Assembly (NCBI RefSeq): GCF_020969955.1
Contig: NZ_JAHDSX010000006.1
Location: 30,001 to 62,000 of the forward strand
DNA length: 32,000 nt
From: Allobaculum fili
Lineage (GTDB): Bacteria; Bacillota_I; Bacilli_A; Erysipelotrichales; Erysipelotrichaceae
Reading direction: 5' to 3'
The notes beneath the pieces were generated by a model that saw only the letters and a program-made list of their open reading frames with translations, was not told the DNA's origin and searched no databases. Position numbers and translations under genes: made by a program. This document shows, piece by piece, positions 1 through 8,566 of this stretch (position 1 is its first letter; the number at the start of each line of letters is the position of its first letter).

Positions 1-44
1 GGGTATGGTATACTGAATCACAACTTAAGGAAGGAGGAGATTTT

Positions 45-1424
45 TTGAAACAGAATATTCAAATTGGAAAACGAACGTTTTCTCTGGATTTCGGCTTTAT
101 TTTCATCCTTCTCGTCCTGTTCTTTACGAGCTGCTTTGCACTGTATAACGCCTTCAACCTGATCCGGACCGGATCTGGCGAATCCTATTTGCGCCGGCAG
201 ATTCTGTGGTACACAGTCGGGTTTGCGACGATGTATCTGATCACCCGCATTACCAATAAAAAGGTCATGGAATATTTGCCCATGGCTTACAAAATACTGC
301 TTGGCATTCTGTTTTATCTGCTGGCTTCCAAGCTTCTGTTTCGCTTTACCTCGCATTCCCTGCCCTTTGCGAGTGCCGTCAACGGCGCCTATTCCTGGCT
401 CCAGCTGCCGGGCATCGGTTCCTTTCAGGCTTCGGAGTTCATGAAAGTCGTTCTGATTCTGAAAACCTCGCAAATCATATCTTCCTTTCAGGCGGAACAT
501 CCAAATCCAACGGTGAAGGATGATATGAAAATGTTCATGGAAATTCTTCACTGGGCTCTGCTTCCGATGATTCTGATTCTTCTCGAACCGGATACCGGCG
601 TCTTCATCATTATCGGCTTCACTCTGCTCGTTCTTCTGCTCTGCTCTGGCATTCGGAAAATGTACATCTGGATCGCGCTGGGCTTTGTAGCCGTTCTTCT
701 TGGCGGCTTTTTCCTGCTTTATTTCTTTAATCCGGATTTCCTTTCCTCGGTCTTCTCTTCCTATCAGATTCGAAGAATTGACGCGTGGCTGTATCCGGAA
801 CGCAATATGCTGGGATCGAGCAACCAGCTATATACCGCCCTGCTCTCTTTAGGCTCCGCCGGTCTGACCGGGCATGGTCTGCAGGCTTCCATCATTTCGA
901 TTCCGGAAGCGCACACCGACTTTATTTTCGCAGCATTCGGCCAGTGCTTCGGCCTGGCGGGAACGACGTATATCCTGTTCGTCTGCATGTGGCTCGATCT
1001 GTACCTTTGCAAAATGGCCTACAATTCCAAAGTGCCGTTTAACCGGCTCGTCATGATTGGCGCGATTGCCATGCTGCTGTATCAGCAGATCCAGAATCTG
1101 GGCATGATCGTCGGCCTTGTTCCGATTACCGGCATTACCCTGCCGCTCATTTCCTACGGCGGATCGTCCACGCTTTCCTACTTCATTCTGTTTGGCGTCA
1201 TTCTCAATATGTCGCCGCGATCGAAGAAGACCATTCGCTTCCGCCGCTATTCCTGGAAGACAATCAGCCAGAAAATTCAGAAAGGAACGCGCCGTTTTAT
1301 CGACCAACTTCGTCAGCCGGATCCCGAACATCCGCACGCCGCTGAAAAAGATCGAAAGAACCGTAACGATTCCGATCGCCAACAGCGCCGTTACCGCGCG
1401 CATGAATCCGAAATTCGTGTCTGA
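45..1424 (+). CDS. SEDS-family cell-wall polymerase (FtsW/RodA/SpoVE family) with a basic C-terminal tail of roughly 60-70 aa
   Basis: TTG start at 45 preceded by AAGGAGGAG (30-38). Protein is hydrophobic and multi-TM throughout. Conserved SEDS C-terminal block ...VPITGITLPLISYGGSS... is present. FtsW versus RodA cannot be decided from sequence alone. Confidence 0.9.
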   Translation: MKQNIQIGKRTFSLDFGFIFILLVLFFTSCFALYNAFNLIRTGSGESYLRRQILWYTVGFATMYLITRITNKKVMEYLPMAYKILLGILFYLLASKLLFRFTSHSLPFASAVNGAYSWLQLPGIGSFQASEFMKVVLILKTSQIISSFQAEHPNPTVKDDMKMFMEILHWALLPMILILLEPDTGVFIIIGFTLLVLLLCSGIRKMYIWIALGFVAVLLGGFFLLYFFNPDFLSSVFSSYQIRRIDAWLYPERNMLGSSNQLYTALLSLGSAGLTGHGLQASIISIPEAHTDFIFAAFGQCFGLAGTTYILFVCMWLDLYLCKMAYNSKVPFNRLVMIGAIAMLLYQQIQNLGMIVGLVPITGITLPLISYGGSSTLSYFILFGVILNMSPRSKKTIRFRRYSWKTISQKIQKGTRRFIDQLRQPDPEHPHAAEKDRKNRNDSDRQQRRYRAHESEIRV

Positions 1425-1552
1425 ACTTCTTCATCGGACTGTCCGAATGAACAATTGGAACGAACAGCCGGAATGAATAGCTGAAATGAAAAGCTGAAAC
1501 AAGAAAAAGAAAGACTGAGAATCTCAGCCGGTCTGCGAAAACCATTTGCAGA

Positions 1553-2338
1553 TCAGAAGAGGTTTCTCAGTCTTTTTAAATACGAATAAGGACGAAGTCT
1601 GGCAAATCGGACGCTTTGCACAGAAAGCCGGATTTCTACCCAGTCGATATCGGTGAGTTTGGGCGTTTCGAAATAGTCGCAGCAAAGAATGGATTCTTCC
1701 AGCGACTTCCCTTTCAGCGTGACAACCCGGTTTTTATTCATGATGTAAGGAGAGACAAAGGAATGGTGATTGGCATGACTGACGGGCATGATCTGCGTAA
1801 TTTCCAGAACATCCAGTCCGTTTTCTACAACCGCACCGCCAAGAGAGCGGTTGGCGCCGCTGCTTCCCGCCTGCGTCGATACGCAGATGCCGCAGCTGTT
1901 GGTCGTTTCAAAAAACTCTCCGTCGATCAGAACATCAAAGCGAACGGTACTTAAAAAAGAGCCGATTCGAATTTCATTGAGCCCTCGAAAGATGCGCCCA
2001 TCCGAAAGGCAGGCTTCGATCATCGGATACTTTTCAATGACAGAACCGTTTTGATCGAGTTCGCGCAGATCGGCAAGAAAACTGTCGATCTCATCTTTTG
2101 TGTAATCGGTAAAAAAGCCTAATGTACCGGTATGAATGGCGGTAAACAGAAGATGATCAAGCTGTTCCTTATACTTCTGAATCGCGCGCAGGATCGTTCC
2201 GTCTCCGCCGATGCAAATGCAAAGATCGGGATGGTCCGCGTCGAGAATCCAGTGGAGATCTTCCAGTATTATCTGTTCAAGATCCGCTTTAAGTTTTCTG
2301 GAATACCCGTCAAAACGGGAAAAAACAGTGAACTTCAA
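1553..2338 (-). CDS. nadK: NAD kinase
   Basis: 261 aa with the GGDGT signature (CICIGGDGTILRA) and typical NAD kinase length. TTG start with AAGGAGA 7 nt upstream on the minus strand. Confidence 0.9.
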   Translation of the reverse strand: MKFTVFSRFDGYSRKLKADLEQIILEDLHWILDADHPDLCICIGGDGTILRAIQKYKEQLDHLLFTAIHTGTLGFFTDYTKDEIDSFLADLRELDQNGSVIEKYPMIEACLSDGRIFRGLNEIRIGSFLSTVRFDVLIDGEFFETTNSCGICVSTQAGSSGANRSLGGAVVENGLDVLEITQIMPVSHANHHSFVSPYIMNKNRVVTLKGKSLEESILCCDYFETPKLTDIDWVEIRLSVQSVRFARLRPYSYLKRLRNLF

Positions 2339-2390
2339 TTCAATATCTCCTTGGGTTCTTTGATTGTATCATGGTGAAAGGAGGCTCCTT

Positions 2391-2942
2391 ATGTCCGATC
2401 AAGAACGAGAACTGAAAGTGCTTTTAACAAAAGATAATTATGAAAAGCTTTGTACTCTGATTCCCTGCGATGAGCAGAGACTTCAGATCAATACGTATTA
2501 CGACACACCCGATCAGGCGCTCAAGGCGCACGGATTTGCCTGCCGAATCCGTGAAACGCAAGGAAAATACAATCTGACGATCAAAAAACCGCTGGACTCC
2601 ATTACGAAATATGAATATGAAAAGGAAGTCAGCGCGCCGACTGTCAGTGAGCTCGATCCGGAAGATCGCAGCTGGATGCTGGAAAAAATCGGTCTGGGCG
2701 ATATTGAGCTGCATCCCTTTGTAACTTTTGAAACCATTCGCCGGATTACCCAGCTGGAAAATGCAGAACTTTCTCTGGATGAAACCCATTTTCCAAAGCA
2801 TACGGATTATGAAATTGAATATGAATACAGAAAAGACCATGATGGGATTTCCGTTTTCAATCAGATTCTTGAAAGAGCTGGTCTCCAGTATGAAAAAAAC
2901 TGCATGAGCAAGCTCGCCCGTGCAGTTCAGGATTTATTTTAA
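2391..2942 (+). CDS. CYTH-domain protein (triphosphate tunnel metalloenzyme family, YjbK-like)
   Basis: N-terminal ExExK signature (ERELKVLL) and alternating charged beta-strand pattern. GGAGG RBS lies upstream of ATG 2391 (the track ORF starts earlier, at 2364). Sits next to nadK, as CYTH yjbK does near ppnKA in B. subtilis. Confidence 0.75.
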   Translation: MSDQERELKVLLTKDNYEKLCTLIPCDEQRLQINTYYDTPDQALKAHGFACRIRETQGKYNLTIKKPLDSITKYEYEKEVSAPTVSELDPEDRSWMLEKIGLGDIELHPFVTFETIRRITQLENAELSLDETHFPKHTDYEIEYEYRKDHDGISVFNQILERAGLQYEKNCMSKLARAVQDLF

Positions 2943-3608
2943 AGAAAATTTATGTGTCAAACGATAGAAGAAGGATTTCGAATTGTATTCTTCTTCTTTT
3001 TTTCTGTAGTCTTCTTTCGTCTTTTCGAGTTCTTCCTTCGATTTTCGAAGATCTTCCATTTCGGATTTCAGCTGCCGCTCGGCTTCTTCTGTTTTCGACT
3101 TCGTTTCCTGTAATTTCTGATTTTCAGATTCCAGATCCGAAATTTTTGTTTCATGTTCTTCAATCAGTTTTGCCTGATCATCGAGCATGGTCTTCTGTTC
3201 GGAAATCGTATCTTCGTTTGATTTCTGTTCGAGAAGGTAGGTCTGCCTCGCTTTATCCATTTCGAGCTTCAGCCGTTCCTGATAAAGCATTTCCAGATTG
3301 GCGATTGTTTTATCTTTTTCGTCCAGAATCGCATTCAGTTTTTCAATTTCCATACGGAGTTCCGATTCTACGGCCGAAACTTCGTGCTTTTCCTTTCGAA
3401 AATACGTGGAAAGGACTTCTACGCCGTCCGCTTTAATCGTAATTCGCCTGGTTTTTGGATTTTTATACTTCCATCCAGCATCTGGATAGTTACGAACTAG
3501 TTTAGCGACGGCTTTATCCACTGTATTTCTCGATTTTCCGAAATGCGCGCAGATCTGAGCAATATCCATATCGTAATAGACGTCAATTGGGGAATGATCA
3601 TCTGCCAT
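2934..3608 (-). CDS. Hypothetical DNA-binding protein: N-terminal HTH-like domain plus a long K/E-rich coiled coil
   Basis: I chose ATG 3608 (MADDHSPIDVYYDMDIAQICAHFGKSRNTVDKAVAKLV...) rather than the track start at 3707, because a TGnTATAAT promoter lies at 3696-3704, inside the longer ORF. About 150 aa of heptad-like E/K/L/Q-rich sequence follow. The 3' end overlaps the convergent CYTH gene by 9 nt. Confidence 0.7.
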   Translation of the reverse strand: MADDHSPIDVYYDMDIAQICAHFGKSRNTVDKAVAKLVRNYPDAGWKYKNPKTRRITIKADGVEVLSTYFRKEKHEVSAVESELRMEIEKLNAILDEKDKTIANLEMLYQERLKLEMDKARQTYLLEQKSNEDTISEQKTMLDDQAKLIEEHETKISDLESENQKLQETKSKTEEAERQLKSEMEDLRKSKEELEKTKEDYRKKEEEYNSKSFFYRLTHKFSLK

Positions 3609-3695
3609 GGGGTTCACCGCCTTTCCAGAGTTCGCAAAAACTTTTTTCTTTACGATCTCTGGTTCAGATAGTGCAGAAGACCGTACGCATGGGCG

Positions 3696-3731
3696 ATTAT
3701 AGCACAATCATTTTGAAAACAAGAAGAAATA
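3696..3731 (-). promoter_or_regulatory. Candidate sigma-A type promoter with extended -10 for the HTH/coiled-coil gene
   Basis: Minus strand reads cTTCTTGTTTtcaaaatgattgTGcTATAATcg. The -10 is a perfect TATAAT (rc of 3696-3701) with a TGn extension. The -35-like element (TTGTTT/TCTTGT) is weak. Confidence 0.5.
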
Positions 3732-4607
3732 TGAAATACGGATGAATTTCATATCCATGTCCATTTTACACGCTACAATGCGTATCGGAAATTGAAGAAC
3801 TCTTCTAAAGTAAAAGAGATTGAATGAAAACAAACTCAATTTTCATCAACCAATTTATAGGAAATCCTATTGTGAAAAAATAAGGTAGAGGAATGAGAAT
3901 ATGATAATCGTATCAAGACATATTCCAGGGAAAACTTGCACGACAGGAAAGTTTTTGTTTCGTATGAATATTCATAAATTCAAATTCTTTGGAAAAAAGT
4001 CCAAGCGAGTACACGGAATTGAAAACCTCCGTTTTCATATGAATGAGAAATATTGTTATTTTGGTCTCCGCTAAAATCCATAAAATTCATATTGAAATCA
4101 GATATCATCGTATTCCAATAATAGGAATTTCAGAAATAGATTTCATATGGGATGGGATCGATCTGATTTTTGGATAACTGTTCAGATATTTTGTGAAATA
4201 TCAAAGAAGAAACAATTTGGAAAGAAATAGGATATTCAGATTTGCTCTTCCGTTCCTTTCTTTCTTTTTATGAATTTCCGATATTTGATTTCGCTCATTC
4301 CTACTTTCTATCCTATTCTCTTTTTCCAATTTCAGATTTTCATATTCTCTGGAAAATTTCTTTTCTCCCTCTGATCTGCCTTTTCATATTTCTGGAATTC
4401 TTTGATCTGCAAGAATTTCTGATATTCATAAATTCTGATTTTCTGTCTTTCATCTGCTTTTTTCATTTATATCCTTCTCATATGATTGCTCAGGTTTAAT
4501 GAAATATGGCTTTTTTTGCTTTATTTCCGATCGTATGATCATTCAGATTTGATACCAGCTGCATGGAATCCTTCATTTTCCTCTATTTCCCTGTTCCTAT
4601 GAAAAAA

Positions 4608-4652
4608 GCAGGGGATTCACTCTGGTTAGTCCAGGTGATCCCCTGCTTTTCT
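4608..4652. terminator. Bidirectional intrinsic terminator downstream of recR
   Basis: Stem GCAGGGGATTCAC (4608-4620) pairs with GTGATCCCCTGC (4635-4646). It is flanked by AAAAAA (4602-4607, a U-run for the minus strand) and TTTTCTT (4647-4653). Confidence 0.75.
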
Positions 4653-4815
4653 TATCTTAGATATGAATTGACCAATTTCGCTGAAATTCCCGTTTCTTTT
4701 CCTTCTTCTAGAATATGAATTTCCCAAAACGTAAGTTTTATGAATAGGATTATTCCTATTTATGTAGGAATTCCATATGAATAATGTTTTTAATCGGATT
4801 TTCGTATAGGAATGA

Positions 4816-5406
4816 TCAGATATCGTCCTTTTTACGTCCATCAAAGGCTTTTGCGATCGTTTTTGCATCCGCATAGTCGAGTTTTCCGCCAAATGGAATG
4901 CCGGAGGCCAGTTTGGTGACCAGAACTCGATCTGAAAGCAGACGGCTCAAATAAAGCGAAGTCGTTTCTCCATCCTGCGTAGGATCAAGTGCGAGGATGA
5001 CTTCTTCCGTTTCATCAGTGATCCGATCTTCCAGCGCATCAATATTCAGCTGATCGGGCAGAATTCCTTTCTGAATATTTATGGTTCCGTGTAAAACGTG
5101 GTACACGCCGTTGTATTCGTTAATACTTTCGATTGCGTACAGATCTTTCTCATTCTGAACGACGCAGATCTGGTGATGATTGCGATCTGAATTTTTACAG
5201 ATTTCGCAGATTTCTCCTTCTGTAAGATTTCCGCAGATTTTGCAGTGCTTCAGATTGGCTGCATTCTTAAATGCCTGAATCATCTGTTCTTTCTGGTCTT
5301 CATCCCAGCCAAGAATCGCAAACGCCATTCTCTCGGCACTTTTCATACCAACACCGGGCAGTTTATGAAGTTCCAGAATCAGATTCTCAAAGCTGACTGG
5401 ATACAT
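4816..5406 (-). CDS. recR: Recombination protein RecR
   Basis: 196 aa. N-terminal HhH (LHKLPGVGMKSAERMAF), Cys4 zinc motif (CKICGNL...CEIC) and Toprim-like C-terminus. AAGGAGGA RBS. Confidence 0.95.
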   Translation of the reverse strand: MYPVSFENLILELHKLPGVGMKSAERMAFAILGWDEDQKEQMIQAFKNAANLKHCKICGNLTEGEICEICKNSDRNHHQICVVQNEKDLYAIESINEYNGVYHVLHGTINIQKGILPDQLNIDALEDRITDETEEVILALDPTQDGETTSLYLSRLLSDRVLVTKLASGIPFGGKLDYADAKTIAKAFDGRKKDDI

Positions 5407-5874
5407 AGTTCCTCCTTGTTCCTGTTTATCTGATTTTCGGATGATCGTAAGAAATCGGCTGGGAAACTGATTTTTAGCCGCGTTCTTCGATCGGTCTGTT
5501 ATTTCTCGTCGATCGGATTTTCCGATACACCAGACTATTTGTTCTTTTCATTTCTGTTGCTGTTGCAGACGGATTCCTAACGGATCCCATCGGCTTGTCG
5601 TTTTGTTTTTTTGTTACTAACAGAGCAGGGAACAGCGACCTGATTTTTCTCAGCTGCTGTGCCGGTTTTTTCTCTCTGTTTTGATCCAAACGTTCCGCAT
5701 TTATGATTTTCCGATCTGATTTCTTCTTTTCAAGGTCCAGAAAAGGCTGTGTTATGTCTTTTCAAAGCTTTTAGAAGAGCAGATCGGATCATAATCTGAT
5801 TTTTACAGTGTGCTCAGACGCTCTATAAGGCGTTATGCGCCATTTGAGGCGATTTATGACCACTCAGCAGGGAA

Positions 5875-7623
5875 TTAGTCATCCTGGACAACCAGGTCCG
5901 GGAAACGGGCCTTTAAAGATTCCTCAAGGGATTCTTCCGGTTCGGAACTGGCCAGGGAGACTTCGATTTTCGCCGGTTCTGGCAGCGTCTTCTCCTTGGA
6001 TCGCTTAACGAATGTCTGCAGAAGAGTCACTCGATCGTTTTCTGCGAGCGAAAACAGCTTTTTCGGATGGCCCAGCCACTGATTGGTAAATTCTTCAAAG
6101 CCATCTTCATTCTGAAGAGCATTGATATGATCTCGTTCCAGCATATGCGGTGCACTTACCAGCATGTACGTCTCGGCTGAGGCAACGATCTTAGAACCCT
6201 TCAGTGCGTTCGCAAATTTGCCCCAATCCACGTCTTCAAAGTATTTCGGAAGATCATTCATATGACCTTCATCTTCCGATCGGATCGTTTTCGAAGCGCC
6301 GACGAGCAGAGAAAGAAGAAAATCTTCCTCTAATCTGAATTCAGATTTCGGATTTTTCTCTTTTCCCATTGTTTCACGTGAAACATCAGAATTCCAAAAA
6401 AGCATGGCCAGGTCGGATTTCTTACTTACCTTAGGGCTTTTTGCAGGTTTCACCGGAGCAGGAATGGGATTTTCCGTTTTTTGTAAGATTTGGCCTGCAG
6501 CCATATGTGGCTGATCATGTGATTGACGATTGGATACTGCAGAAGCGGACTGTACGGAAAATGCGGATTTCAGCAGGGCCGTCTCAATGTAGTCGAGCAT
6601 ATTGGATGCATAGCCGAGCTTGTTATAGACGTTCATCAGCTCGTTAAGCATCTGAATTCGTTTCCAACTGGGAACTGGGGAAAGCGACTTCTTAATGACT
6701 TCTTTTTTTCGTTCCGAAAGAAGGGAAGTCCCGCTAGCCAGATCATAGATCAGGGAATCCTTGAGCAGACCGATCAGATCGGCTGTGAAACGCTTAAGAT
6801 TAAAGCCGCGTGCTTCAATATCTTCCACGAAGGCAATCGTTTCTGAAGCCTGTTCCGGATTGAGCTGTTCAATGATCTTGCCGAGTTCTTCGGTCTGAAC
6901 AACACCATAAATCTCGCGGACAGCTTCCAGTGTCAGATGATCAGGTTCATAGGCAACGCACTGGTCGAGAATCGACAGAGCGTCACGCATACCGCCGCTC
7001 GCCAGTTCGGAAATCAGTTCCAGAGCATCCTCATCCGCTTCAATCTGTTCGGATTTGCAGACATCCTGGAGTCGATGCAGGATATCTTTCTCGCTGACCT
7101 GGGAAAAATCATATCGCTGGCAGCGGGAGAGAATTGTAGCCAGAACCTTATTCGGTTCGGTTGTCGCAAAGATGAAAATCACATGTTCAGGCGGTTCTTC
7201 GATGGTTTTAAGCAGAGCGTTAAAAGCTGCTGCGGTCATCATATGAACCTCGTCAATAATGTAGACTTTGTATTTTCCTAAAAGCGGGGCATAGCCGACA
7301 CGTTCAATCAGATCGCGGACATCATCAACGCCGTTGTTGGAGGCGGCATCAATTTCCACAATATCGGGATGGGAACCGTTCAGAGATTCCCGGCAGTTTT
7401 CGCATTCCATGCAGGGTTTGTGTTCTCCCGTACAGTTCAGCGTACGTGCGAAGATTTTCGCGATCGACGTTTTACCGGTTCCGCGCGGTCCGCAGAACAG
7501 ATAGGCGTGAGCGATACGATCTTTCTCCACCGCGTTTTTCAGCGTCTGGACTATGTGTTTCTGGCCTACCACTTCGTCAAAAGAAGCCGGTCTGTATTTT
7601 CGATATAGAGCCTGATAGGACAT
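5875..7623 (-). CDS. dnaX: DNA polymerase III subunit gamma/tau
   Basis: 582 aa. Walker A GPRGTGKTS, zinc module CMECENC, DEVHM box and SRC motif (LSRCQRYDF). The RBS AAAGGAG lies in the last codons of tadA. Confidence 0.95.
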   Translation of the reverse strand: MSYQALYRKYRPASFDEVVGQKHIVQTLKNAVEKDRIAHAYLFCGPRGTGKTSIAKIFARTLNCTGEHKPCMECENCRESLNGSHPDIVEIDAASNNGVDDVRDLIERVGYAPLLGKYKVYIIDEVHMMTAAAFNALLKTIEEPPEHVIFIFATTEPNKVLATILSRCQRYDFSQVSEKDILHRLQDVCKSEQIEADEDALELISELASGGMRDALSILDQCVAYEPDHLTLEAVREIYGVVQTEELGKIIEQLNPEQASETIAFVEDIEARGFNLKRFTADLIGLLKDSLIYDLASGTSLLSERKKEVIKKSLSPVPSWKRIQMLNELMNVYNKLGYASNMLDYIETALLKSAFSVQSASAVSNRQSHDQPHMAAGQILQKTENPIPAPVKPAKSPKVSKKSDLAMLFWNSDVSRETMGKEKNPKSEFRLEEDFLLSLLVGASKTIRSEDEGHMNDLPKYFEDVDWGKFANALKGSKIVASAETYMLVSAPHMLERDHINALQNEDGFEEFTNQWLGHPKKLFSLAENDRVTLLQTFVKRSKEKTLPEPAKIEVSLASSEPEESLEESLKARFPDLVVQDD

Positions 7624-7628
7624 TCAGA

Positions 7629-8369
7629 TCACTCCTTTCCTTGACGATCGGCCATCGGCCATTGATCGGACTGTGATTTGGGATTTTCAGATTTCGTATG
7701 CATATCCATTTCTGCCTTGAGATCCGGATCGGATTTTAAAATCGGATCGATCCGTTTTCTGTCCTCGGCAGAATTCAGGACAGGCAAATAAACAAAGATG
7801 GAAGAGTCTCCATCCAGGACGTTCTCTGACCTACTTTCATCTCTTCGAACGTCTGGCTCAGAAGGCAGTGCATTTTGTCTGGCCAGAGCCTTCAGTTTCT
7901 TCTTTTCCTCTCTTCGTCTGCGAAAGAAATTCTTGAGGATCGTCGAACATTCTTCTTCCAGAATACCCCCGGTCCATTCGGGATGGTGATTCCACTGAGG
8001 GACTTCAAAGAGGGAAACGACCGAATCCACGGCGCCGGCTTTCGGATCTTTCGCACCGTAATATACGTGAGCGATTCTGGACTGAATGATGGCCCCGGAA
8101 CACATCACGCACGGCTCGAGGGTGACATACAGCGAACAGTTTTCCAGCCGCCAGGAATGAAGCTTTCGACACGCAGAGGCAATCGCCATGAGTTCGGCGT
8201 GTTCGGTCACACTCTGTCTTTTCTCACGTCGATTGTATCCGCGGCCAATGATCGTACCGTTCTCATCGACGACGATGGCTCCGACAGGTACTTCATTTTC
8301 CGTTTCCGCTTTACGGGCAAGCCGTAAAGCTTTTTTCATCATCTTTTCTTCTGGGCTCAATCTGTTCAT
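7629..8369 (-). CDS. tadA: tRNA-specific adenosine deaminase TadA with a C-terminal extension of about 90 aa
   Basis: CDA motifs HAE (TEHAELMAI) and PCxxC (LEPCVMCSGAI). Start is uncertain: I used ATG 8369 (MNRLSPEEK...), while the track ORF starts at 8468 and ATG 8396 is also possible. No strong RBS at any of them. Confidence 0.85.
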   Translation of the reverse strand: MNRLSPEEKMMKKALRLARKAETENEVPVGAIVVDENGTIIGRGYNRREKRQSVTEHAELMAIASACRKLHSWRLENCSLYVTLEPCVMCSGAIIQSRIAHVYYGAKDPKAGAVDSVVSLFEVPQWNHHPEWTGGILEEECSTILKNFFRRRREEKKKLKALARQNALPSEPDVRRDESRSENVLDGDSSIFVYLPVLNSAEDRKRIDPILKSDPDLKAEMDMHTKSENPKSQSDQWPMADRQGKE

Positions 8370-8476
8370 GTGTTCATGATACCAAAAGGACTCCATGCCA
8401 AAGGAATGACTTTCCCAAAAGAGGGGCAGACAAAAAAGGCAGACCCCAATGAAACTGGGATCCGCCAAACGAACAC

Positions 8477-8566
8477 AAAAAAACTACTGCACATAACAGA
8501 GCCAGCACGGTGCTGCTTCGTTCCCGACCTGACACGGTTAGCAGGATGCTATTGCAGTAGCTCAAT
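8477..8566 (-). ncRNA. ffs: Signal recognition particle RNA, small (4.5S-like) type
   Basis: Minus strand reads CTACTGCAATAGCATCCTGCTAACCGTGTCAGGTCGGGAACGAAGCAGCACCGTGCTGGCTCTGTTATGTGCAGTAG followed by TTTTTTT. Domain IV signature GUCAGGUCG-GGAA-CGAAGCAGC matches E. coli CAGGUCC-GGAA-GGAAGCAGC with a compensatory closing-pair swap. An 8-bp terminal stem CTACTGCA/TGCAGTAG closes the hairpin. A possible TTGCCA-18-TATTCT promoter lies just upstream. The 5' boundary is approximate. Confidence 0.75.

Noticed and set aside
4242-4499. 85-aa Phe/Leu/Ser-rich ORF on the + strand.
   Set aside because: It has a TTG start without an RBS. Its composition simply reflects the pyrimidine-rich strand, and it has no recognisable fold or motif.
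5474-5689. 71-aa ORF in the dnaX-recR gap as a candidate divergent YbaB.
   Set aside because: It has no RBS and no similarity to the YbaB/EbfC pattern (Gly/Met/Gln-rich N-terminus, GGGLVKV..NG core). It is basic, low-complexity sequence.
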